Source: an uncultured delta proteobacterium
Lineage (GTDB): Bacteria > Desulfobacterota > Desulfobacteria > Desulfobacterales > Desulfatirhabdiaceae
Length of the DNA: 64,000 nt
Assembly: GCA_963789395.1 (NCBI GenBank)
Contig: CAWBKP010000012.1
Span: 224,001 to 288,000, forward strand
Direction of reading: 5' to 3'
Shown piece after piece: positions 31,553 through 41,882 of the stretch (its first letter is position 1; each line of letters begins with the position of its first letter). The notes beneath the pieces are model-generated. The model was not told the origin of the DNA, searched no databases, and saw only the letters and a program-made list of their open reading frames with translations. A program made the translations under genes and the position numbers.

Positions 31553-32716
31553 CTATTTCTTTGAAGGCGGGGTCAGGATCGCCGCATCCGTAATGACAGC
31601 ATACCGGTGAAACACATTGTCCGTGACGATTTGCACCTGAATGTCTTTCTTGACTTCATGCAAATCGTTAAAGGACAAGGTTCCGATGGGTGTGGTAAAT
31701 GTGCCTCCCGCAATGGCATCCTTTAGCACTTCGCCGCCCTTTCCGCCTGATTTTTTCAGGCCGTCAATCAAAACGCTGGTTGCGGTATATGCCGATGCGG
31801 CAACCATATCCGCCCCGAACCCGGCGGATTTTCGAAATTCGGTTAGAAATGTCTGGGTGACAGGCGACTCCGAATCCCGGTCAAGGGACGTGGTCACCAA
31901 CGTTCCTTCAGCGGCAGGCCCCGCGATCTCGATGAATTTTTCCGAATCATACCCTTCCTGACCGATGATCGGCGCCGTGACGCCACCGGCCCGAAGCTGG
32001 CTTACCAGAGGCCCGGCTGTAAAATAATATCCGGATGCATAGATGACTTCGGGGTTGTCATCCTTTATTTTGGAAACCAGTGGACCGAATTGCCGATCCG
32101 GAAGACCATATTCATATTCGTTCAGAATTGTAAGGCCGAATTTGGGAGCGGCTTCCTTGAATCCGGTCGTCAGGGCCTGCCCGAAGTCATTCTTGATCGT
32201 GACAATGACGACTTTCTTTTTCCCCATATCACTCACCAGTTTGGCTCCGGCCCTTCCCTGGACCTCGCCCATGGTGGCGGTTCGAAACATATAATCTCCG
32301 GAAAGTGTAATATCCGGGTGAATGGCATAGGCAACAACATAAGGAATTTTCGCTGCCTGAAAAATGGGAGCTGCAGCACGTGTTGACCCGGAATACGAAC
32401 CGGATACCGCAGCAATCACCTTATCTTTTTCCACGAGTTTGGTGGCAACCGGGACTGCTTCTTTCGGGGCCGCCTGGTCATCGTAGACGATCAGCTCAAT
32501 TTTCTCACCGTTAATACCGCCTGTGGCATTTGCCTGAGCCACCGCCAGCTTGGCCCCCTCCAGAGCGGATTTGCCGTCGGACGCCGCAAAACCGGTAAGC
32601 GGCGCGTTAAAGCCGATCTTCACATCCGCGCAAACATCCGCCGGGGTAAGCGCCAGCGTTGCGGATAGACCCATAAACAAGAACATTGCCAGTCTTGCCA
32701 ATAACCGATTCGTCAT
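31553..32716 (-). CDS. HAAT ABC substrate-binding protein, LivK/LivJ-like
   Basis: Signal peptide, KIGFNAPLTG, GGINGEKIELIVYDD; AGGAGG RBS. Confidence 0.92.
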   Translation of the reverse strand: MTNRLLARLAMFLFMGLSATLALTPADVCADVKIGFNAPLTGFAASDGKSALEGAKLAVAQANATGGINGEKIELIVYDDQAAPKEAVPVATKLVEKDKVIAAVSGSYSGSTRAAAPIFQAAKIPYVVAYAIHPDITLSGDYMFRTATMGEVQGRAGAKLVSDMGKKKVVIVTIKNDFGQALTTGFKEAAPKFGLTILNEYEYGLPDRQFGPLVSKIKDDNPEVIYASGYYFTAGPLVSQLRAGGVTAPIIGQEGYDSEKFIEIAGPAAEGTLVTTSLDRDSESPVTQTFLTEFRKSAGFGADMVAASAYTATSVLIDGLKKSGGKGGEVLKDAIAGGTFTTPIGTLSFNDLHEVKKDIQVQIVTDNVFHRYAVITDAAILTPPSKK

Positions 32717-33005
32717 AATGCCTCCTTTGCGTGATTAACTGTTTCCGAAATTAACATAATCGCCTCTTTTTTTCGATAAAACAATTGATCCAATATCATA
32801 ATTAAATTGTATTATCCATATATCACATTTTGTTTTCCCGAAAAAATGCCAAAGAAGCGTAGGCCAGGATTTTTCATTGGACCCTGATGCATTTTGAGGA
32901 CGGGATTCCGATACAGGTAGAGAAGAGAAGGGTCAATTCGTACCCGGACTGGCGTTATAGATGATTCACAATCCCACAATTCGGGATAAATTGCAGCAGG
33001 TTCAA

Positions 33006-34568
33006 TTATCTGGATCGATTATTTAGGAACCAGTCCATCAGCTTGTCGAAGTCGGGCGGTTCTTCTTCTTTCGGTGTAACGAGTATTGAGGATTTTGAGT
33101 CGGCGGAACCGGATGCCTCTGCGCTCTGCATCTTTTTATCTACTTTTTGAACAGCAGGGTCGACAGGTTCCGGATTCCTGATGGCGTCTGCTTTGTTTGG
33201 CGAAGGAACAATTACTTTCGGTTCCCTCAAGGATATAGAGGCCTTGACAACCGCCTCTTCAAAATTTTTGGGCGCCTTATCTTTTGGTGTCTCCCTTACC
33301 TCGGACTGCGGTTCAGGAACAGCCACAGGTACTGCGTCACGAACCTTTCCGGAAGACGGACCCTTAACAGAGCCGTGATCCACTGGCTGGATAATACCAG
33401 GTAAAACTGCTTCGTCACGCTCCAGACCCACACCTCCCAATGACTTAGGCTGTGTGTCCGCCGGAGGCACAGCAGCGGCGGTCTTTAATTCTGGAGCTGG
33501 CGTCACGACCGGGGTTGATATCGGCAACGCCTTGACATCCTTCAACACCGGGGCGCTGACGGATGAGGCCGCCCTGTCAGGACGGACATCATCGCCTTGC
33601 CCCTTGACAGTGAGGCCCGGAGATTGCCAGCTTTTCTTCAACGCCGAAAAATCCATACTGCGAATCATGATAAAGCCTGCGATAATCAGTGATAATAACA
33701 CCAAGGAAGCGCCAATCGTTACCCATTTCACGGAACCCCTGACCGGCTCTCCCTCGATGACGGCTATTACCCCTTTGACCACTTTTTCCGAAACCGGTTT
33801 CTTTCCATGTTCAGAGCCGGAGATGAGCGCGTTATCACAGATGATGTTGATTTTCCGCGGGATTCCCAGCGACCGTTTTACGATGAGCTTCAATGCCGCA
33901 GGTGTAAAAAGGGTCGTTTCCTTATCCTGCATTCCGGCCTTGGTCAGTCGATGCCGGATATAGCTGAGACTCTCATCCGGGGAAAGTACGGTGATTTTGC
34001 CCCGGAGTTGAATGTGCTGCTGAATCTGTTTGAGTTCTTGCTGATTCAGCTTCGCTTCCAGGACCGAATGGCCAACGAGATAAATTTGCAGGAGTTTGCC
34101 CTGTGATGTCTCCAGGTTTAAAAGCTTTCCAAGAGCTTCCAGCGTATTGATCGACATGTTCTGTGCTTCTTCGACCACCAGAACCACATTCCGTTTCTGC
34201 CTTTGTTCTTCCAGCAGGAACTGGTAAAACGCAACCAACAACTCGGCAACATCATCCGAATGCCTCTCCAGGCCCAGATCCGTGAAAATCATGTTCATCA
34301 GAACACCAAAAGTCACGCGGGAATTCAGAATGTAAATCACCTTGTTTTGCTGCTGCCGGCAGTGTTCCAAAAAAGCGCGGACAATGATGGTCTTTCCGAC
34401 ACCGGATTCGCCGGTAAGGACGACTAACCCCATACGCTGCTCAACGCCACGAATCAACAACAACAGCGCTTCGTTATGGGTGGGGCTGAGGTAAAGGAAT
34501 TCGGGATCGGGCGTAACGTGAAAGGGTTCTTCCTTGAGCCCGTAAAATTGCAGATTCATATAATGCAC
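33006..34568 (-). CDS. ExeA-like AAA ATPase with one TM helix and a long Pro/Ala/Ser-rich C-terminus
   Basis: YGLKEEPFHVTPDP, GESGVGKT, VEEAQ and GIPRKINIICDNAL. Confidence 0.88.
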   Translation of the reverse strand: MHYMNLQFYGLKEEPFHVTPDPEFLYLSPTHNEALLLLIRGVEQRMGLVVLTGESGVGKTIIVRAFLEHCRQQQNKVIYILNSRVTFGVLMNMIFTDLGLERHSDDVAELLVAFYQFLLEEQRQKRNVVLVVEEAQNMSINTLEALGKLLNLETSQGKLLQIYLVGHSVLEAKLNQQELKQIQQHIQLRGKITVLSPDESLSYIRHRLTKAGMQDKETTLFTPAALKLIVKRSLGIPRKINIICDNALISGSEHGKKPVSEKVVKGVIAVIEGEPVRGSVKWVTIGASLVLLSLIIAGFIMIRSMDFSALKKSWQSPGLTVKGQGDDVRPDRAASSVSAPVLKDVKALPISTPVVTPAPELKTAAAVPPADTQPKSLGGVGLERDEAVLPGIIQPVDHGSVKGPSSGKVRDAVPVAVPEPQSEVRETPKDKAPKNFEEAVVKASISLREPKVIVPSPNKADAIRNPEPVDPAVQKVDKKMQSAEASGSADSKSSILVTPKEEEPPDFDKLMDWFLNNRSR

Positions 34569-34633
34569 TTCCCATCTAACATGCCGGCAATGTGCCGTTG
34601 CATTACCGGCCGTCGCTGTGGATTGGCGTTAAG

Positions 34634-35614
34634 TTAAAAGGATTCTTTAACCACTCGCCACACAGGGTTCTCATCCGGAGACGGTTTACTCTTATCTGCG
34701 GCAGGTTTGCCCAGAAACTTTCTGACACAGCTGTACTGTTCCCAGCCTTTCAAGGAATAATTGAGGTCCACGTTTTTCCATTTTGGATGACCATGTTGAA
34801 TCAACCAATCAAGATTCTTCGAAACCAGCAGGGCAAATTTCCCCACAGCATCACAATTAAAGGATTTAAAGTCAAAGGAAACCAGAACCGCTTTGACCGC
34901 TGCTGTGTTGACCGCCTGCTTCTGCCACCGGTAGGTATTTTGGGGAATCTCCCCCCTGGGATAGAACTCCAGAATATTCTTATGCGTGATGGGAATCAGC
35001 GCCAATCCATCCTTGTCGCTCACATCATCGGCAAACAATTTTACCGGGTAGCCCGCCACATAAAACATGGCATCGATTTTCCCAGACTTCAACTGTGACA
35101 GTGCTTCCTCCCGCCCGATGGTGAGCATTTCCCGGGGGGCAATTTCAGAAAGCTCAAAAAGGAGTTTGGCGGTAAGATAGGTGCCGCTTCCTTCTTCTCC
35201 AATCGCCACCCTTTTGTCGGCCAGTCCGTCAAAATCGGCGATATCGCTCCGGCCCAGCAGATGGATTTCTTCATTGTACAACGGAAAAACCATCTTGATC
35301 TTCTTGGCTATTCTCTTGAGTTCGGGATCTGATTGGAGACGTCCCACAAAAGCGAGCACATCGGACTGAACAATCCCCATCTGGATACCGGGTCTTTTGT
35401 AAACAGCAAAGATATTTTCAATGGAACCATTGGATGGATAAACGTTTAAAGAAACGCCGTTGTTTGCCATAAGTTGCTGCAGATTCAAGCCGAATTGATA
35501 ATATGTGCCTTTTTCCCCACCCGTGATTATCCCCAACTCGGCCCCGATACATGCATTTGACATGATCACGTTAATTACGAGAATAATTAAGCATTTCTTA
35601 TAGATATTCCACAT
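34634..35614 (-). CDS. TAXI-family TRAP substrate-binding protein
   Basis: ITGGEKGTYY, SNGSIENI, IVQSDV, LYNEEIH and IGEEGSGT; ATG 35614 after GGAGG. Confidence 0.88.
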   Translation of the reverse strand: MWNIYKKCLIILVINVIMSNACIGAELGIITGGEKGTYYQFGLNLQQLMANNGVSLNVYPSNGSIENIFAVYKRPGIQMGIVQSDVLAFVGRLQSDPELKRIAKKIKMVFPLYNEEIHLLGRSDIADFDGLADKRVAIGEEGSGTYLTAKLLFELSEIAPREMLTIGREEALSQLKSGKIDAMFYVAGYPVKLFADDVSDKDGLALIPITHKNILEFYPRGEIPQNTYRWQKQAVNTAAVKAVLVSFDFKSFNCDAVGKFALLVSKNLDWLIQHGHPKWKNVDLNYSLKGWEQYSCVRKFLGKPAADKSKPSPDENPVWRVVKESF

Positions 35615-36076
35615 GATACGCCTCCAATACGGGTTATTCATATTATGAAATCAATTTTCCGGAAAAATATCTGAATACAAGATGAGAGAATAAAATTGGA
35701 AGATCATCGGACAGTTTTTTCGCACGGTATCCATTCTTTCAGCACTATAACACCCCTCAACATGTCAGTTGCTGGTTGTCTATCTTATGCATAACAGATT
35801 ATTTAAATGGATTGTATCCCAGTATGAAATTCAAGGTATTAAGTCAATAATTAATTCTTCAGACCAACACACCCGATTCCCGTATTTTACGAATATTTTG
35901 CTGAGCTGAAGAGGAATTTTTCGCAAACTGACAAGACATGTAAAATCCCAAGTAGTGATCCGATCCCTGTCTGTGGTTTATCAACGGCGAAAAGCGGTTT
36001 CCCATTTTGGCTGGATTATCATGTGATCCTATGGTAACAGTTAAGGTGGTTAGCATATGTTTCAGAGGAGGTTTGT

Positions 36077-37441
36077 TTGAAAATCATTATCGTAGGCGCC
36101 GGTGAGGTCGGATTTCATACTGCCCAGAGGCTGACAATCGAAAACCAAGAAGTGGTCGTGATCGACAAACAGCCGGAAGCGTTAAAACGATTTGTTAACC
36201 TGCTGGATGTTCAGACCATCTGTGGTTCTGGCAGCAGCCCGCGTATTCTGGAAGAAGCCGGCGCCGCCCGTGCGGAAATGTTTCTGGCCGTAACCGACAG
36301 TGACGAAACAAATCTTGTCGCCTGTCTGTTCGCGGAATCTATCGGCCCGGGAATTAAGAAGCTGGCGCGAATTCGTGATGATGAATATTTTCACTACAAT
36401 CCCGAATTGACACCACGACTGCTGAATATCGACACCATCATCAATCCGGAAAATGAGCTGATCAAATCCGTGATACATTCACTGGCTGTTCCCGGAGCGG
36501 AACATATCAGTGATTTTGCCGATGGCAACATCAAGCTGATTGGTTTTCGCATTGAAAAAGGCAGCCCGGTAATCGGCATTCGGCTGCTTGAACTGCGAAA
36601 AAAAATAGGTGGCCTACGATTTATTGTTGCGGCAATATTTCGAAACGACCGCTTGATCATCCCTTTCGGGAACGATAAAGTCAAAGCCTTCGATCTGGTC
36701 TATTTCGTATGTGAAACTAAGGAATTGAAACCGGTTCTGAAAATTTTCGGCAGCCGAACCGAACAAGTTCATTACATCCTCATTGTCGGTGGCGGCAATA
36801 TCGGTTTAAAAATAGCCAAGGAAATTGAAAAGCGTCACTATCATCTTCGCATCATCGAGTCCAACCTGGAGCGGTGTCAGTATCTTGCGGAAAATCTGCA
36901 CAGCACAATTGTTCTTCACGGCGATGGAACGGATAAAACCCTTTTAGAGGAAGAAAACATTCGGGATATGGATATGGTTATTTCTGTGACCGGAAACGAG
37001 GAAACCAATTTTCTCATATCCCTTCTGGTTAAAAACATGGGCGCAAAAAGAACCATGACGCGAATCAACAAGTTCGCCTATATGCCGATTATCAGCGATA
37101 TCGGGTTGGGAAATATCCTTAGTCCCAGACTTTCAGCAATCAACAGTATCGTTCAGCATGTCAGGCGCGGTAAAATTCTGTCCTCAGTCTCACTCAAAGG
37201 TGAAGATGCGGAAGTCCTGGAAGCGGTTGCACAGGAAGACTCCGGCATCGTCGGAACCCCCTTGAAAGCCTTGCGTTTCCCAAAAGGCGCCATCGTCCTT
37301 GCAGTGACTCGTGGAAAAGTCAGTATCATTCCAGACGGCAGCACGGTAATCGAACCAAACGACCGCATCGTGATTTTATCAACCAGACAGAATATTCCAA
37401 GAGTCGAACGTGAGTTGACGGTCAAACTGGAGAATATCTGA
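36077..37441 (+). CDS. trkA: Trk K+ uptake NAD-binding subunit
   Basis: Two RCK N/C pairs (IVGAGEVG, IVGGGNIG); TTG start after GAGGAGG. Confidence 0.95.
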   Translation: MKIIIVGAGEVGFHTAQRLTIENQEVVVIDKQPEALKRFVNLLDVQTICGSGSSPRILEEAGAARAEMFLAVTDSDETNLVACLFAESIGPGIKKLARIRDDEYFHYNPELTPRLLNIDTIINPENELIKSVIHSLAVPGAEHISDFADGNIKLIGFRIEKGSPVIGIRLLELRKKIGGLRFIVAAIFRNDRLIIPFGNDKVKAFDLVYFVCETKELKPVLKIFGSRTEQVHYILIVGGGNIGLKIAKEIEKRHYHLRIIESNLERCQYLAENLHSTIVLHGDGTDKTLLEEENIRDMDMVISVTGNEETNFLISLLVKNMGAKRTMTRINKFAYMPIISDIGLGNILSPRLSAINSIVQHVRRGKILSSVSLKGEDAEVLEAVAQEDSGIVGTPLKALRFPKGAIVLAVTRGKVSIIPDGSTVIEPNDRIVILSTRQNIPRVERELTVKLENI

Positions 37442-38890
37442 ATGCGATGGCATTATGTGATGCGATCCGTGGGGGCAATAGCAGTTTGTATCGGCATGAC
37501 CATGCTGTTTCCCCTGGCATTCTCATTGTATTATGACGATGGAAGCGCATGGCCTCTGATTCAGTCCATGATGATCACCACAGGTGCCGGGTTGGTATGT
37601 TTTCTCACTTTCAGGCGTTTCAATCAACCCTATATGAGTCATCGAACCGCCATGGCCATCGTTACCATCGGCTGGATAGCCGCTACCGTGATCGGCGCCC
37701 TCCCCTTCTTTCTATCCGAAACATTTGCCTCATTTACCGATTGCATATTTGAATCCATTTCCGGCTTCAGCACCACCGGTTCATCGGTTCTGACCGATAT
37801 TGAACGTGTTTCCAAAGGAATCCTCATGTGGCGAAGCCTGACCCACTGGCTAGGAGGCATGGGAATCATTGTTCTGTCATTGGCCATTCTGCCCTTTCTC
37901 GGACTGGGCGGCATGCAACTTTACAAGGCGGAGGCGCCGGGACCAACCCCGGATAAACTGACGCCGCGAATACGAGATACGGCATCGGCCCTCTGGCGGG
38001 TATATCTTTTGTTCACGTTTGTAATGATCTTGCTGCTGATGTGCGGCGGGATGAATCTCTTTGATGCTATCTGCCATACGTTCGGCACGCTGGCAACGGG
38101 CGGTTTCTCCACGAAAAATTTATCAATAACATTCTATCACAGCGCATACATCGACGCTGTCATTACGATTTTCATGCTCCTGGCCGGAATCAATTTTTCA
38201 CTGCACTATCAAATGCTTTCCGGCAAACCCCGGTTCGCGCTCAGGGATCCCGAGCTTCGTTTTTTTCTATCGGTCGTAGCAGTATTGATTCTGTTAACTA
38301 CATTTGCGATGTATCAAACAACATATCACAGCTTGAGCCAGGCATTCCGATATGCCGCATTTCAGGTTTCATCCATCATCACCACAACCGGATATGCCAC
38401 GGCGGATTTTGAAAACTGGCCGGTATTTCCGCAGTGCATGCTGCTGTTCTGCATGTTTTTGGGGCCTAGTGCCGGATCGACCGGAGGGGGCATGAAATGC
38501 ATGCGCATCATGCTGTTATTAAAACACAGCTATCTGGAATTGTTTCGCATGATCCATCCCCATGCTGTGACGCAACTCAAATTCGGAAAACGGCTGGTAA
38601 GCGATGATATCATCAGAGGCATATGGGGATTTTTTATCATTTATCTCGGGCTGTTCATTTTGTCCTCACTGGTGCTGACAGCCCTGGGAATAGACATGGT
38701 CACTTCTTTTTCAGCGGTCGCCGCCTGTATCGGCAACATCGGTCCGGGTCTCGGATCGGTCGGTCCGAGAGAGAACTTTGCCCATCTCCCCCTTCTGGCC
38801 AAATGGGTGTTAAGCTTCTGCATGCTTCTTGGCAGGCTGGAGATCTATACCGTCATTATCCTGTTCGTTCCTGAATTCTGGAGGAAATGA
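37442..38890 (+). CDS. trkH: Trk K+ uptake membrane subunit
   Basis: SGFSTTG, WLGGMGII, TGGFS, TTTGY, GSTGGG, GNIGPG and GRLE. Confidence 0.95.
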   Translation: MRWHYVMRSVGAIAVCIGMTMLFPLAFSLYYDDGSAWPLIQSMMITTGAGLVCFLTFRRFNQPYMSHRTAMAIVTIGWIAATVIGALPFFLSETFASFTDCIFESISGFSTTGSSVLTDIERVSKGILMWRSLTHWLGGMGIIVLSLAILPFLGLGGMQLYKAEAPGPTPDKLTPRIRDTASALWRVYLLFTFVMILLLMCGGMNLFDAICHTFGTLATGGFSTKNLSITFYHSAYIDAVITIFMLLAGINFSLHYQMLSGKPRFALRDPELRFFLSVVAVLILLTTFAMYQTTYHSLSQAFRYAAFQVSSIITTTGYATADFENWPVFPQCMLLFCMFLGPSAGSTGGGMKCMRIMLLLKHSYLELFRMIHPHAVTQLKFGKRLVSDDIIRGIWGFFIIYLGLFILSSLVLTALGIDMVTSFSAVAACIGNIGPGLGSVGPRENFAHLPLLAKWVLSFCMLLGRLEIYTVIILFVPEFWRK

Positions 38891-39004
38891 CGACATTCAT
38901 ATCAGATAGTTGTTTCGGCAATCTTTGCCGGAAACACATCAGCAGGATTGCGGAAGCCATAAACATTCAATGAGAGATTCGATAAAGGCGATAATTTTCC
39001 TGTA

Positions 39005-39718
39005 TCAATCAATACCCAGATAGGCTTTTTGTACCATCTCATTGCGTTTGAGGTTGGCGGCCGTGTCGCTGACGACGATCTCGCCGTTCTGGAGTACATA
39101 GCCTCGGTGCGCAATGGAAAGGGCCATCAGCGCATTCTGTTCCACCAGCAGGATGGTTGTGCCCTTGTCGTTCAAGGCCTTGATAATGTCGAAGATCAGT
39201 TCCACCAGAAGCGGTGCGAGCCCCATGGACGGCTCGTCAAGCATCAAAAGTCGCGGATTCATCATCAGACCGCGGGCAATAGCGAGCATCTGTTGTTCGC
39301 CGCCCGAAAGTGTGCCGCCATACTGGCCGATCCGTTCTTTAAGGCGCGGAAACATTTCAAACCCGTAATCCATCCGGCGTTCGATCTCTTTCGGGTCATT
39401 CACGGTGAACGCACCCATCTCGAGGTTCTCCTGCACCGTCAGTTTCGGAAAAATCCCCCGGCCCTCGGGCACGTGCCCGAGGCCAGCAAGGACAATGGCG
39501 TGCGGTTTCAGATGGGAGATGTCTTTTTCGCCAAGCAGAATCTTGCCTTGTTTGGGGTGGATCAGTCCGGAGATGGTCCGTAACGTCGTGCTCTTGCCGG
39601 CGCCGTTCGAGCCGATCAGCGTCACGATCTCGCCCTTGTTGACCTCAACCGAAATCCCCTTGAGCGCATGGATATGACCATAGAAACTGTGAATATCATG
39701 AAGGGATAAGAGGCTCAT
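39005..39718 (-). CDS. livF: Branched-chain amino-acid ABC ATP-binding protein
   Basis: GSNGAGKST, VPEGRGIF, LSGGEQQML and DEPSMGLAP. Confidence 0.92.
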   Translation of the reverse strand: MSLLSLHDIHSFYGHIHALKGISVEVNKGEIVTLIGSNGAGKSTTLRTISGLIHPKQGKILLGEKDISHLKPHAIVLAGLGHVPEGRGIFPKLTVQENLEMGAFTVNDPKEIERRMDYGFEMFPRLKERIGQYGGTLSGGEQQMLAIARGLMMNPRLLMLDEPSMGLAPLLVELIFDIIKALNDKGTTILLVEQNALMALSIAHRGYVLQNGEIVVSDTAANLKRNEMVQKAYLGID

Positions 39719-40509
39719 GCGATCTTCTCCTCATGTTGTCCGGCAACGGCTCCCCTTCCCAGATACGCTTCGATGACCCGAGCGTCGGAACGGATTTCAT
39801 TCGGCGTCCCTTCGGCGATTTTCTCGCCGTAATCCATAACGCAAATATGCTCTGAAATATTCATGACCACGCGCATGTCGTGCTCGATGAGCAGAATCGT
39901 GATGCCCTTTTCATCGCGGATGCGGCGAAACAAGCGGGTAACATCCTCGGTTTCCTGCGGGTTCATGCCGGCAGCAGGCTCGTCGAGAAGCAGCATGAGC
40001 GGATCGGCCGCCATAGCCCGTGCGATCTCCAACCGGCGCTGGCCGCCATAGGGCAGGTTCTTGGCAAGTTCGTTTCCGACGCCTGTCAGGCCCACATATG
40101 TCATCAGTTCCTCGGCTTTTTGTTCCGATTCCTTTTCTTCTCTTTTAAAAAATGGCAGATGAAAAAGGGTGTCGAGGGGCGACTGCTTCAGATGGACATG
40201 CATGCCGACCAGAATATTCTCGATGACCGACATATTGCTGAAAAGGCGGATATTCTGGAAAGTCCGTGCAATTCCGCGTGAGGCGATCTGATCCGGTCGC
40301 AGTCCGCGCAAAGATTTGCCGTTGAAGGTGATCTGTCCTTCATCCGGATGGTAGATACCGGTCAAGGTATTAAAAAATGTAGTTTTACCAGCTCCGTTCG
40401 GACCGATGATGCTGACAATCCGACCCGGATCCAGGTTGAAGTTGACCTTGTTGACGGCGGTCAGCCCGCCAAAACGTTTTACAATGTTGACTGTTTCAAG
40501 TAGTGCCAT
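39715..40509 (-). CDS. livG: Branched-chain amino-acid ABC ATP-binding protein
   Basis: GPNGAGKTT, IARTFQNIRLF, LPYGGQRRLEIAR and IEHDM. Confidence 0.92.
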   Translation of the reverse strand: MALLETVNIVKRFGGLTAVNKVNFNLDPGRIVSIIGPNGAGKTTFFNTLTGIYHPDEGQITFNGKSLRGLRPDQIASRGIARTFQNIRLFSNMSVIENILVGMHVHLKQSPLDTLFHLPFFKREEKESEQKAEELMTYVGLTGVGNELAKNLPYGGQRRLEIARAMAADPLMLLLDEPAAGMNPQETEDVTRLFRRIRDEKGITILLIEHDMRVVMNISEHICVMDYGEKIAEGTPNEIRSDARVIEAYLGRGAVAGQHEEKIA

Positions 40510-40521
40510 GTTCTTATCGTC

Positions 40522-41871
40522 TTATTCCCCGTTCTCGTCATCGTCGGAAGCAAGTTCACGTTTACGGCGCTGGGACGGGATCAGGCCCTCCGGTCGAAAG
40601 ATCATCATCAGAATCAGAATGAGCCCAAAGAGCAGTCGCTGGTATTTGGCCGGATCCAGTTGGGTGGACAGGCTGGACCATGCAAAGTTGATGATGGGAA
40701 TGACCGCATCGCTCTGGCGAAGCTGGCTCAAATACAAAGAAAGGCCCTGGAGAACCTGCAGGTTCAGGATGGTTACCGTGGCCGCACCCAGGATCACGCC
40801 TGGGATGCTGCCGGAACCGCCCAGGATAACCATCGACAGAACCCCGATAGACTGCATGAATGAGAAGGATTCCGGACTGATGAAGGTCCGGCTTCCCGCA
40901 AGCAGAACGCCCATGACCCCGGCAAAAGAGGCGCCGACGGCAAACGCGGCCAGCTTCATTCTTACCAGCGGAACACCCATTGCAATGGCCGCGGTCTCGT
41001 CTTCACGGATTGCGGTCCAGGCCCGGCCGATTTTCGAATCATCCAGACGCCGGGTCACAAAGACAATGACAATAATAACCGCCAGTGCAAGCAGGTAGAA
41101 CATGACGTTGTACATATCGGCGGTGGTGACTGCGTGCCCGACAACGCCGCCGAACAGTTTGTTGAAGCCGTCAACCGCCGCCTGCGGCATGGTGGGACGC
41201 TGGATCGGGGTAATCCCCTGGGGGCCGTTGGTGAAATTGAGCGGTTTATCCAGATTGTTTGCCAGTACGCGGATCACCTCTCCAAAGCCAAGGGTCACAA
41301 TGGCCAGATAGTCGCCGCGCAGCCTCAGAACCGGCGTGCCGAGCAGAATGCCGGTAACCGCAGCGACAAGGATTGCGGCAAACATGAACAGATAAAAGGC
41401 GTCTCCGGGAAGCAGAAACGGCAGATTGGACGGCTGGGTTCCCGGCGCAAAGTGTAGAACATAATATTGCTGGGAGCCGAAAAAAGCCCACAGGTAGGCC
41501 CCGACTGCATAAAATGCCACATATCCGAGATCGAGCAGACCGGCAAATCCGACCACGATATTCAGGCCCAGGGCAAGGGCTGCAAACACGCTGATCTGGA
41601 AGATCACCTCAAGATAGAAGATATTCCGGACTCCGACCACCGGGAAAATAAATAATGTCAGAACGACACCGACGATCATCTTGAAGCGGCGATCCGTCTT
41701 GAAATAATACAGTGTGAAAAACGAGGTGATCAGCACCAGAAAGGCAAGATTCGAGCGCGGACTGGTATAGACAAGGGCGGTACCCAGAACCATATGGGCC
41801 AGTATCATGATGTGCGGATATATCCCCTGTTCCAGTCTTTTGATGATGTCTTTAAAGAAGTTTAAGATCAT
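40522..41871 (-). CDS. livM: Branched-chain amino-acid ABC permease
   Basis: GLNIVVGFAGLLDLGYVAFY, LRLRGDYLAIVTLGFGE and AIREDE. Confidence 0.92.
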   Translation of the reverse strand: MILNFFKDIIKRLEQGIYPHIMILAHMVLGTALVYTSPRSNLAFLVLITSFFTLYYFKTDRRFKMIVGVVLTLFIFPVVGVRNIFYLEVIFQISVFAALALGLNIVVGFAGLLDLGYVAFYAVGAYLWAFFGSQQYYVLHFAPGTQPSNLPFLLPGDAFYLFMFAAILVAAVTGILLGTPVLRLRGDYLAIVTLGFGEVIRVLANNLDKPLNFTNGPQGITPIQRPTMPQAAVDGFNKLFGGVVGHAVTTADMYNVMFYLLALAVIIVIVFVTRRLDDSKIGRAWTAIREDETAAIAMGVPLVRMKLAAFAVGASFAGVMGVLLAGSRTFISPESFSFMQSIGVLSMVILGGSGSIPGVILGAATVTILNLQVLQGLSLYLSQLRQSDAVIPIINFAWSSLSTQLDPAKYQRLLFGLILILMMIFRPEGLIPSQRRKRELASDDDENGE

Positions 41872-41882
41872 CTTGCTCCTCC

